From NCBI RefSeq assembly GCF_006345805.1, contig NC_043003.1, positions 78,554,001 through 78,618,000 on the forward strand: 64,000 nucleotides of DNA, read 5' to 3'. The notes under the pieces were generated by a model. That model was not told the DNA's origin. It saw nothing but the letters and a program-made list of their open reading frames with translations, and searched no databases. The first letter of the stretch is position 1. The number at the start of each line of letters is the position of its first letter. The DNA comes from Octopus sinensis. Lineage: Eukaryota. A program made the position numbers and the translations under genes. This document shows positions 54,301-64,000 of the stretch, in pieces.

Positions 54301-57300
54301 TGTTGAAGCTGGAGTTCCTTTGTTGCTCAGAATGTTTGTGCCATTCTTTGAACTGTTCAATCAGTTCTTCATACTGAAACAAAAGAAAACAAAATGGATA
54401 TAACCAGAGATCATTTAGTTTTGATACACAAACGAACACATTAGTTAACCCTTTCGTTACTAACCCAGCTGAAACCGGCTCTGGTTCTGTTGTACAAATG
54501 TCTTGTTTTCATAAGTTTTGAATTAAAATCTTCCACCAATCCTTAGTCACAATTTATGTTCCTAACAGTAGCTGAATGATAACTAAGTTATTTTACTAAA
54601 TTCTTTGTTATATTTAAATTCATTGAAAGAAACACAGAGCATCTCAAAATAAATACAGTAACGAAAGGGTTACTACATCCTGGTGAAAGCAACAGATATC
54701 AAATGGGACCTTTCTATGTAAATTTCTGGTATATTTCATATTATTTTAAATTTCTGAAATTTCCTCAAAGAGTTTTTATAAGAAACAAGCTCATAAAAAT
54801 GATAGATATCTTGAATGAAAATAAATTCATGATGATGATTAAAAATGCAGAGTTTTATAAACTATGAAGAAAATTGTTTCATATATATCATAAAATATTT
54901 GTGTGGGAGGAAAGCATAATAGTTTATGATTGGGGATGTTATCCAGTATGCTTCAACAAGGCACTCAACTATACTTGCTTCTGTTTGCCACATTGGCAAA
55001 ACAAGATTTCACTTCGGAAGGTTATTCAGCTGTAGAAACAAAATCATTATCATCATCATTTAACATGTTTTTTTAAGCTGGTTTGGATTGAACTAGGTCT
55101 CACCCACTGTCACAATTCTTCATCGTCTGGGATGCACCACAACAGAGAATAACCAGCAATCTCTGTAGTTGTGTTCATATTACTTTTCTTTTTCTTTTTC
55201 TTTCTTTTTTTTTTTGTTTATTTTTAACAGACAGATGCTCTTCCTATCGACAGTTATTTGAGACCATAGACTGTGCATTCTTTATTGCGTTACTAGAATT
55301 AGCTGAGTTATCTGTACTGGCATTAAAGTGTCTCTTATATTCTGTAACAGTTTCTATATAGAAAGTCATTGCTCTTCTTATTCCAACAAAATCTAGCAAG
55401 GAAAACTTGAAGCAGGGAAAAACTAATACTAATGTACTTGTCTGACAGTGTTCAGGCATGGCTGTGTAGTAAGAAGCTTGTTTCTCAGCCACATGGTTCC
55501 AGGTTCAGTCTCACTGCATGACACTTTGGGCAAGTGTCTTCTATTATAGCGACAAGCCAATGAAAGCCTTGTGAGTGGATTTGGTGAACGGAAACTGAAA
55601 GAAACCCATCGTATATATATATCATCATCATCATAGGCGCAGGAGTGGCTGTGTGGTAAGTAGCTTGCTAACCAGCCACATGGTTCCGGGTTCAGTCCCA
55701 CTGCGTGGCATCTTGGGCAAGTGTCTTCTGCTATAGCCCCGGGCCTTGTGAGTGGATTTGGTAGACGGAAACTGAAAGAAGACTGTCGTATATATATGTA
55801 TATATATATATGTGTATGTGTGTGTTTGTGTGTCTGTGTTTATCCCCCTAACATCGCCTGACAACCGATGCTGGTGTGTTTACGTCCCCGTCACCTAGCG
55901 GTTCGGCAAAAGAGACCGATAGAATAAGACTGGGCTTACAAAGAATAAGTTCCGGGGTTGATTTCCTCGACTAAAGGCGGTGCTCCAGCATGGCCGCAGT
56001 CAAATGACTGAAACAAGTAAAAGAGTAAAAAGAGTATTTAACGTCAGCTTTCCATGCTAACGTGGGTTGGACGATTTGACTGAGATCTGGCGAACCAGAT
56101 GGCTGCACCAGATTCCAATCATGATCTGGCAGAGTTTCTACAGCTGGATGCCCTTCCTAACGCCAACCACTCCATGAGTGTAGTAGGTGCTTTTTACGTG
56201 CCACTGGTACAGGTGCTAGGGGTGGCTGACAGTGTCCACAATCAGTTGGTGCTTTTTATATGCCACTGGCACGGGAGCCAGTCAAGGTGGTGCTGGCACC
56301 CACCACGTTTGGATGGTGCTTTTTACGTGCCACCAGCACAAGTATCACAACATATGCATGTATATATTTATATGTATGTATCTTTGTGTCTGTGTTTGTC
56401 CACCCTCCACCATTGCTTGAGAACCGATGGTGGTGTATTTATGTTCCAGTAACTTAGCAGTTCAGCAAAAGAGACCGATAGACTAAGTACTTGGCTTACA
56501 AAGAATAAGTCTTGGGGTTGATTTCTTTGACTAAAACCCTTTAAGGTGGTGCTCCAGCATGGCTGCAAATTACTGAAATGTGTACAAGAAAAAAAATTAA
56601 AGAATAATACTACAACTCTATCAAAAAGATAGCTGCAGGGAAGAGGAAGTTAGAAAGTGAAACCAAATAGAAGGTAACTTACTTGTTCATAGGATTCGAT
56701 TACGGTTTGATCTTGCATAATGTCTGTAGGAACAGTAATCTTCACAAGAAACTGAGCAAGATAAGCCCGTTTCTTCAGATCTGTTATTCTTTGTAGAAGC
56801 CATTCCAGGATAGGATAAACAACAGACTTCTCAGCTTGAACAAGGCCACAGTTGAAATCAGAACTAAAACCAAAAAAATAAAGACTCACTTTAGGAAAAC
56901 CATCTTTTAATCACCACCATAATCACAACCATCATCATCATCTAACATTCAATTTTCCATGCTTGCATATGTAAAGAGAGGGGAAAACAGCGAAGACCTG
57001 TTGAGGCAATGGAAATCAAAATCAAATTCTATGACTGGCATCCATGCTAGTGGAGCGCTAAGAGTACCATACGAGCGTGATCGCTGCCAGTGCAACAAGC
57101 TGACCTCCGTGCCGGTGGCACGTAAAAAACACTATTCGAGCATGATTGGTACCTGTGTCGCCTTACTGGCACTTGTGCTGGTGGCACATGAACAAACATT
57201 CGAGCAAGGTCGTTGCCAGTACTGCTGGATTGGCTCCTGTGCAGGTGGCACATAAAAAGCACCATTTGAGCATGGCCGTTGGCAGTACTGCCTGACTGGC

Positions 57301-60300
57301 CCTCGTGCCGGCAGCACATAAAAGCACCTACTACACTCTCGGAGTGGTTGGCATTAGGAAGAGCATCCAGCTGTAGAAACTCTGCCAGATCAGATTGGAG
57401 TCTGGTGCAGCCATCTGGTTTGCCAGTCCTCAGTCAAATGCTAACATGGAAAGTGGACGTTAAACGATGATGATGATGATGATTAACAATAAAACTAATT
57501 TTTTTATTTTTATTTTTTTGAAAATATCTTAATCACAGGAAAAAGGATAGTGCACGAGCTGCCTTTTTAGGGTCTACAAGACTGATGGGATGAAGGAAAG
57601 AAGTTTTCCTCAGACTGGAGATCTGATTCAATTGTTTGCAGCTGAGTGAACCCTGCTAAAGGCACTATTGGACCATGGGCTATTTAGTGGGTATTAAACA
57701 TGTCGAAAAATTAAGTCTGTCACCAGAAAACAAGAATGGTCCAACCAATAGGCTTCCATACGACTTCAGCCTACCAAATTCTACTCAGAATACTTTAGCA
57801 ACTTGAGGTTAGGTTAAAGACTTTTGCCCAAAGTTCTGTGCAGTAGGACTGAACCAAAAACTGCACAGATTTGAAGACAACTGCAGAACCACACAGCCAT
57901 GCCTTCCCCAGCCTAATAAATTGATGAAAATCATCTTGTCTTATTCTTGCTTGTGACTACATAGATACCTAAAACAATGAGGAAAGTATGGTACAAGCTA
58001 CCAGATCATACACATCGATGAGCAATAGCTATGCTTGTGTGTATGTGTGTGTCACACTAGTTGACAACTTTTAAAAATGGAAGACACACTGGATATTGTA
58101 TTCCTGGGTACACAATGCCTGAAAAGCTGGAAGGTCTTTATTCAGGGCAGACAAAACTTGACAGTTTGTATGAGGAGAGTTCAAAATCTAATAGGATATT
58201 TCATTACTGTTATCATGTAACTCCAAATCAGCCCTGAAGCAGTGGAAATATCACCAAAAGTGGCTCCAAACATGGCCACTCTTGTGGATTATGTACCTAG
58301 GACTACATTATCTGATGTCTCCCTTCCCTTAACAAGACAGAAGGGTATCATGTAAGGGAGATTCCTCTGATATATCTAGCAGATCAAATCAAGAAAACAC
58401 ATAGAAGTTCCTTTGTTGTTTATTTGAGTAATTATACACTTATTGTCCCCATTCTTTTAACTGGCTTCAATCATTGAACTGTGGCCATACTGGGCACTGC
58501 TTTTAAAGGCTTCAGTCGACTGTATTGACCCAGTAATCATTCTAAGACATTTATATACCAAATGACTACTACATAAAGAGATGTAATTCAAGATAAAGAT
58601 TTACATCAGTAAACACAGATATATGCACATCATCATCATCAGCTTTATTTTACATCTACTTTCCATTCTGACATGAGTTAGATGAGTTCATCATGCTCTG
58701 AGACAATTTTTATTCAAAGTTACTTTGGAGGAGTTGGTACACTACATCTAATTTGTACATTGCATCCTTGATATGATGCCCTTCCTGAAACTAAGGAATG
58801 AGACATTTTTTTCTTGCCCATTTGGCATCACTGATATAACTGACTTTTTTGACATCAGATGCTTTTTGTCCCAGGGGCCTTTTGACACCATAAAAATTTC
58901 ATTTTTTATTCTAGTTGACAACTAGCGTTTTATCACAACTACTAAGCATTTCTACTTCACTTTATGTATTATAGGGCTATCTGTCTGTCTGTCAGTCTGT
59001 TTATCTATCTATATGTGTGTATTTCTTTGCACATATGCATGTGTATGTCTCTAATGCCAAAAAATACTATTACCAAAACAGGTTCGATGACCAGTCAGCC
59101 ATGGCAGATTGTCAGTGTCCAAACAGCTGTGCCCAGTTGTCTCACTTTACTAAAACCAACCACTTTAAAAAGTAGGTGGAGTGCATTTGACTGCCATGTC
59201 ATCAGCAGGACTAAAAAAAAGAGTTTTCTCAACCCTAAATTGTTTCCACTTGTCCACATACTATTTACAGAGTGTGCTTGGCGCATTTTATCATGTACCA
59301 ACATTAGTGAGGTTGCTTTGTGTCCCACAAGACAAAAGAATCTATTCTACATTGACTCTTTTCAAAGTAATGTCACTAAAGTGGTAAAAAGACAAGAGGG
59401 CAGTAAGAGAAAGTTGAGACAGTGAATGAAATGGAGGCTGACATGAGAGAATAGTAGAAGAGTGGAAGAATAGTGGAAGACAGGGTGAAGGGAGGTAATA
59501 GTGGAAGTGAGATAGCAATGACATCTGCGGGAGTGAAGGTTAGCATAAAAATGGATAATGTGATGCAATCTCTGATTATGTAAGTACTGGATTAAATTGG
59601 AATAAACCATTCACCATTTGGCTAGTCCTGTGTTATTCTTATTTCTTTATTGCCTACAAGGAGTTAAACATAGAGAGGACAAACAAGGACAGACAAAAGG
59701 ATTAAGTTGATTACATTGACCCCCAATGCGTAACTGATACATAATTTATTGACCCTCGAAAGGATGAAAGGCAAAGTCGACCTCGGCAGAATTTGAACTC
59801 AGAACGTAACGGCAGATGAAATACCATATAGCATTAAGGAGGCGAGCAGGCAGAAACGTTAGCACGCTGGGTGAAATGCTAAGCGGTATTTCATCTGCCG
59901 TTATGTTCTGAGTTCAAATTCCGCCGATTCCTGCATCATTCTATCACACCAATTATCTTTAACTCCTACACAAAATTATCTTGAATGATTAAAAATTCAC
60001 ATCTTGTCACCAAAACAACAGTGAGTTTCTTTTGCTACTGCAAAATCCCATTGGGTTAATTAATCTTAAATAACAGGGTCGATTAGTGTTAATGAATTAC
60101 AATAGGCTTTTCTGACACATATTTGGGAAAATGACACAATTAATTGCATCAATCTCATTACTTGCCTTGTACTTATTTTAAATCTTGAAAGCATGGGTGG
60201 CAAAGTCGATGCCAGTGAGATTTAAACTCAGACCACAAAGAGATGTAAGTACATACTGCATGCTTTTTTTGTCTGATATGCAGTCTATTCTTTGATCCCC

Positions 60301-63233
60301 TTTCTTTGACGTTAACTTCTCACATTTTCACAAGGTCAAAAATCAGTAAGAGAGGAGTATGACCAACGAAACCAACTTCAACAAAATAATGGTTTCTACT
60401 ATAAACACAAGACCTGAAATTTGAAGGGAATGGGTTAGGCAATTACATTTACCCCAGTGCTCATCTGGTACTTTTGTATTTCATTGACCCTGAAAGGGGT
60501 GAAATCTAAAGTCCACCTTGGCAGCATTTGCTTTCAGAACATAAAGCAAGAAGAAAGGCCACTAAGCATTTGTCCAGCTGTACATTGCTGGAGAGACAAA
60601 ACCCAGGTGTGTTTACAGAATCAAATATGAACTTGTAACAAAGATACATATATAGCAGAGGCATGTGTGTCCAATACTCTCTATACTTCTACCAACTATC
60701 ATCTTTTAATGATAAATAATGATTTCTGGCATATGATAATGGCCAAATTTTTGGAAGAGGACAGTTAATAATAATAGTAATGAAATTATTGTGTACAGTG
60801 CTCAGATGCACCACAACTTGTCAGAAAGTGCGTATAAAGCATATGCAGTAATGTACAAATATCTGGGAAGTGAACAGTGTATGAGTCAAATACATGCCTG
60901 TGTGTGTATGGAGGGGAGAAAATCAGGTGTAGTGTTGGCGAATCTCAGGAAGCATGGAAGTTTTGAAGGATGCAGTGCTCCGACAACTAACAACTGATGC
61001 CCGCAGTTTGTTCCATGCTTCAGCAACTCTTAGCGTGAAAAAATGTTCCGAAAGTCATGGGAGCTGTGCTGTTTTCTGACTTTGTAAACATTTCCACGGA
61101 TGCTAGACAAGTGGAGTTTGAAAAGGTGCTCAGAGTTATTGTTAGTAAGATGGTTAATAATTTTATGGGTGTCTGCCAAGTCAGCTGCCAGACGTCGGAG
61201 TTTCAATGTATCCATGCCCAGGGAAGTAAGGCATTAATTCAATAGTATTAGACGAGTACTTAATTTGCTTGCGTATAATGTTTGCTGTCACCAAGCTGAG
61301 ATTACTACAATGGTAGAGTGTGGTAAGAAACTTGCTTCCAAAGCACATGGTTCTGGGTTCAGTCTCATTGCATGATACTGTGGGCAAATGTTTTCTATTA
61401 TAGCCTCTGGCAGCGAGCTGGCAGAAACGTTAGCATGCCGGGCGAAATGCGTAGCGGTATTTCGTCTGTCGTTACGTTCTGAGTTCAAATTCCGCCAAGG
61501 TCGACTTTGCCTTTCATCCTCTCGGAGTCGATAAATAAAGTACCAGTTTCGCACTGGGTCGATGTAATCGCTTTAATCCCTTTCTCTGTCCTTGTTTGTC
61601 CCCTCTATGTTTAGCCCCTGGTGGGTAGTAAAGAAATATATTATAGCCTCTGGCTGACCAAAGCTTTTTGAGTGAATTTGGTAGACAGAAACTGAAAAAA
61701 AGCCAGTCACATATATATATATATGTATGTGTGTGTTTGTGTCTGTATATTTCCGCCACCACTGCTCGACAACCAATATTGGTATGTTTATGTCCCTCTA
61801 ACTTAGTAGATGGGTAAAAGAGATAGAATAAGTACCAGGCTTTAAAAAAATCACTAGGGTCGATTGATTTGATTAAAAATTCAGCAAGGAAGTGCCCCAA
61901 CATGGCCGTAATCTAATGACTGAAACAAGTAAAGGGAATACAAACTGCAAACAATTTCTAGACATCATTATATGACTCCAACCTGATTTATTCTGTTTCA
62001 AACCAAATCATCTGAAAACAAATAACAATTGGATCATATCTCAATACCGCAAGGTAAGAATTATTATTTGCCATCTTTGATGGGTGTGTTATACTCACCT
62101 AATACACCTATGATAGACGTTGGTACTTAATTTACTAATCACAGGAGACATAAAATAAAGAGTTGACCATGGCACGATAAAAAAACTCAAAGCGTAAAGG
62201 GACATAACTCTATATCACATTCTTACTATCAACAGAATTTATTTTGCCGTCAATATCCAACAATAATGATTTTTAAATATAATTTGTAGAGAAGGGATTA
62301 GGTGTTGAAAGATAGATCAACTTCAATATTTGGCTGGTATTGTACCTTATAAATCACAGGCAGAAAAAGAAATGGCAAAGTCAATTCAGGTAGGATTTAC
62401 CTAATAATAATAATAATCTTTTCTACTACAGGCACAAGGCCTGAAATTTTGAGGGTGGGTTCTAGTCAATTACATCAAATCTAGTACTCAACTGGTACTA
62501 AATTTATTGACCCCCCAAAAGGATGAAAGGCAAAGTTGACCTCAATGGAATTTTAAATCAGAATAGAAAGTCAAGAAGAAGAAGGAGGAGAAGAAGAAGA
62601 ACAACAACAGTTTCAAATTTTCCCACAAGGGCAGCCCTTTGGGAGGAGGGGATGTGTCGATTACATCGACCCAAGTGTTCAACTGGTACTTAATTTATCG
62701 ACCCTGAAAGGATGAAAGGCAAAGTCTACCTCAGTGGCGTTTCAACTTACATCGTAGCGGCAGGTGAAATACCACTAAACATTTTGCCCAGTGTGCTAAT
62801 GATTCTACTAGTTTGTTGCCTTAATAATAATAATGATTTCAAATTTTACAAGGGCAACCATTTTGGAGGAGGGGAAGAGTCGATTATATCAACCCCAGTG
62901 TTTGACTGGTACTTGTTTTATCGACCCCTAAAAGAATGAAAGGCAAAGTCAAACTTAGTGGAATTTGAACTTAGAACGTAACAGCAAAGGAAATACCATG
63001 AAACATTTCACCCAGCATGCTAATGATTCTGTCAGCTCACTGCCTTAGTGATAATAATAATAATTGTTTAATTATTGTCTTAATTATTCAAAATGAAATT
63101 AATAGGATACACACCAAGAAAATACTTACAATGATTCTTTATCAGAAGGTGGAGTATATTTCAAAATCTTCAAAGTATTCATAATACGAAGAGCTGTCTG
63201 ATCAGGAGTTTCTTGTCTAATATCAAGTTTGTG
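33428..63233 (-). CDS. IFT81: IFT81, intraflagellar transport protein 81 homolog; 13 coding exons in window (1905 nt, 634 aa + stop), 5'-partial
   Basis: Exons with canonical AG/GT boundaries join in consistent phase. The translation follows IFT81 from the late CH domain ([36 protein letters not shown]) through the coiled coils to the conserved C-terminus (MECKKQCF...EEDRLVL*). The start exon was not found before 64000. Confidence 0.97.
33825..34142. repeat. Degenerate ~20-bp minisatellite (CCTGTCAACCCAGCTATCT-like) in the last IFT81 intron
   Basis: Recurring TGTCAACCC and CCCAGCTA words. Confidence 0.7.
34173..34330 (-). CDS. IFT81: IFT81 exon, 158 bp ([17 protein letters not shown]...DKKKTL)
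   Basis: catgtag acceptor, gtaaat donor; phase 0 to 2. Confidence 0.93.
34628..35040 (+). mobile_element. SINE family B, full length, intronic
   Basis: GGCATAGGAGTGGCTGTGTGGTAAGTAGCTTGC head to GAGTAAAA tail. Further copies at 55455-56035, 61315-61935 (split) and 63410-63798. Confidence 0.9.
37185..37304. repeat. 51-bp near-perfect hairpin formed by an inverted piece of a family C element
   Basis: 37185-37235 is the reverse complement of 37254-37304 with one mismatch. Confidence 0.92.
37589..37675 (-). CDS. IFT81: IFT81 exon, 87 bp ([29 protein letters not shown])
   Basis: ctttag acceptor, gtaagt donor; phase 0/0. Confidence 0.92.
38703..38990 (-). mobile_element. tRNA-derived SINE (family F)
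   Basis: Minus-strand head GGAGGCGCAGTGGCTCAGTGGTTAGGGCAGCGGACTCGC...GTTTCGATTCCC followed by a non-tRNA body. Confidence 0.78.
39058..39276 (-). CDS. IFT81: IFT81 exon, 219 bp ([33 protein letters not shown]...LREECK)
   Basis: cttctag acceptor, gttagt donor; phase 0/0. Confidence 0.95.
39351..39484. mobile_element. Palindromic Tc1/mariner-type MITE in (TA)n
   Basis: TA-CAGAGTGATTCAAAA...TTTTGAATCACCCAG-TA; the arms pair almost throughout. Confidence 0.8.
40345..41240. mobile_element. Cluster of family A SINE copies in both orientations
   Basis: Core on minus (40345-40560) and plus (40645-40810, 41048-41240). Other intronic copies at 36405-36552, 44922-45135, 45808-46029, 50385-50617, 59636-59928, 61409-61637, 62420-63045. 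Confidence 0.8.
42036..42185 (-). CDS. IFT81: IFT81 exon, 150 bp ([19 protein letters not shown]...[10 protein letters not shown]...NEQL)
   Basis: ttttctag acceptor, gtaagt donor; phase 0/0. Confidence 0.94.
42430..43032 (-). mobile_element. 5'-truncated CR1-group LINE (RT C-terminus and 3' UTR)
   Basis: [14 protein letters not shown]...[15 protein letters not shown]...TRGHVYK...[14 protein letters not shown]; same family at 60780-61234 (-) and 51435-51610 (+). Confidence 0.88.
44278..44424 (-). CDS. IFT81: IFT81 exon, 147 bp ([14 protein letters not shown]...GGEILRGED)
   Basis: tttcag acceptor, gtaagc donor; phase 0/0. Confidence 0.94.
44596..44691 (-). CDS. IFT81: IFT81 exon, 96 bp ([32 protein letters not shown])
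   Basis: ttttcag acceptor, gtgagt donor; phase 0/0. Confidence 0.94.
46568..46731 (-). CDS. IFT81: IFT81 exon, 164 bp ([14 protein letters not shown]...LEELENQ)
   Basis: tttgtag acceptor, gtaagc donor; phase 1 to 0. Confidence 0.94.
46783..47327. mobile_element. piggyBac-like MITE interrupted by an RTE-like LINE fragment (about 46935-47310)
   Basis: TTAA-CCCTTT start and CTAAAGGG end; left part matches the repeat at 63810-64000; the insert has [10 protein letters not shown] on the minus strand. Confidence 0.65.
47930..48400 (-). mobile_element. R4/Dong-like LINE fragment (CCHC knuckle and start of the endonuclease)
   Basis: [27 protein letters not shown] and [16 protein letters not shown]. 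Confidence 0.72.
49031..49115 (-). CDS. IFT81: IFT81 exon, 85 bp ([28 protein letters not shown])
   Basis: ctatcag acceptor, gtaagt donor; phase 0 to 1. Confidence 0.92.
51129..51239 (-). CDS. IFT81: IFT81 exon, 111 bp ([37 protein letters not shown])
   Basis: ttttgtag acceptor, gtatgt donor; phase 0/0. Confidence 0.94.
54218..54373 (-). CDS. IFT81: IFT81 exon, 156 bp ([13 protein letters not shown]...IERLKHK)
   Basis: tttcag acceptor, gtaagt donor; phase 0/0. Confidence 0.95.
54449..54669. mobile_element. piggyBac-like MITE
   Basis: TTAA-CCCTTTCGTTAC...GTAACGAAAGGG-TTAC. Confidence 0.8.
56683..56863 (-). CDS. IFT81: IFT81 exon, 181 bp ([25 protein letters not shown]...VIESYEQ)
   Basis: ttttag acceptor, gtaagt donor; phase 2 to 0; overlaps ORF 56650..56889. 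Confidence 0.95.
60780..61234 (-). mobile_element. 5'-truncated CR1-group LINE, second copy
   Basis: Nearly identical to 42440-42900. Confidence 0.88.
63130..63233 (-). CDS. IFT81: IFT81 exon, 104 bp ([34 protein letters not shown])
   Basis: ttttcag acceptor, gtaagt donor; ends in phase 2. Confidence 0.93.
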
Positions 63234-63573
63234 CTGAAAAGGAACAGAAATATAAAACGAAGGCATTGGTAAATTTTGTCCAAATTTCTGAAATGAGGAA
63301 TTATGGTTCTCATCTTGGTTATTACAGGCACATTTTGATCATTGTACCCTCTGGCCATCATCAGGTGTCTGCCATATTTCATAGTCTTCTCAGAATTTCA
63401 AACAAAAATAGGCACAGGAGTGGCTGTGTGGTAAGTAGCTTGCTTACCAACCACATGGTTCTGGGTTCACTCCCACTGCGTGGCACCTTGGGCAAGTGTC
63501 TTCTACTACAGTCTTGGGCCGACCAAAGCCTTCTGAGTGGATTTGGTAGATGGAAACTGAAAGAAGCCCGTCG

Positions 63574-63606
<33 letters not shown>

Positions 63607-64000
63607 ATATGTTTGTATGTCTGTGTTTGTCCCCCCCCCCCAACATCGCTTGACAACCGATGCTGGTGTGTTTACGTCCCCGTAACTTAGCAGTTCGGCA
63701 AAAGAGACCAATAGAATAAGTCCTGGGATCGATTTGCTCGACTAAAGGTGGTGTTCCAGCATGGCCACAGTCAAATGGCTGAAACAAGTAAAGAGTAAAA
63801 CCCTTTAACTCATTAGCATTTACATAATTCTTTCAAAATTAAAACTCATTTTTTACATTGTCTTAAATTAATCATGCATTATCTTTAGCATCAAGATTTT
63901 GATGAAGTAACTATTAATATTTAGAATGATGTTGTAAGCTGGTGTGATAGGTCAGATCTGGACTGTTTAAACATAATAGAATATTTTGGCAGGATGTGGT

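Noticed and set aside
58964-59425. 153-aa plus-strand ORF inside an IFT81 intron
   Set aside because: Starts in simple repeats and overlaps decayed repeat-like sequence; no recognisable protein similarity.
63234-64000. First coding exon of IFT81
   Set aside because: No segment encoding the expected N-terminal CH-domain start; the region is intron with a SINE and a MITE, so the exon must lie beyond the window.

Overview
Eukaryotic, AT-rich, repeat-dense animal DNA. The SINE families and microsatellite style suggest a coleoid cephalopod such as Octopus (inference). The right half (33428-63233, minus strand) holds 13 GT-AG coding exons of IFT81 (intraflagellar transport 81). They splice in frame to 634 codons plus a stop, and the first coding exon lies beyond the window end. 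The left half has no recognisable host gene. It is a patchwork of tRNA-derived SINEs, Tc1/mariner relics, MITEs and fold-back elements, LINE fragments (CRE-, RTE-, R4/Dong-, CR1- and Jockey-like) and microsatellites. The most unusual signal is a set of hammerhead-ribozyme-bearing repeats sitting in AT-rich microsatellites. One is a head-to-head pair of circularly permuted ~597-bp multimers, each with an intact type I hammerhead (15408-17070). The others are a 4-copy tandem array of minimal hammerhead-like units (23274-24300) and further fragments. Together they fit Penelope-like/retrozyme (circular RNA) mobile elements. Most ORFs in the supplied track are microsatellite or SINE artefacts. Repeat boundaries were read by eye and are approximate; exon boundaries were checked base by base.
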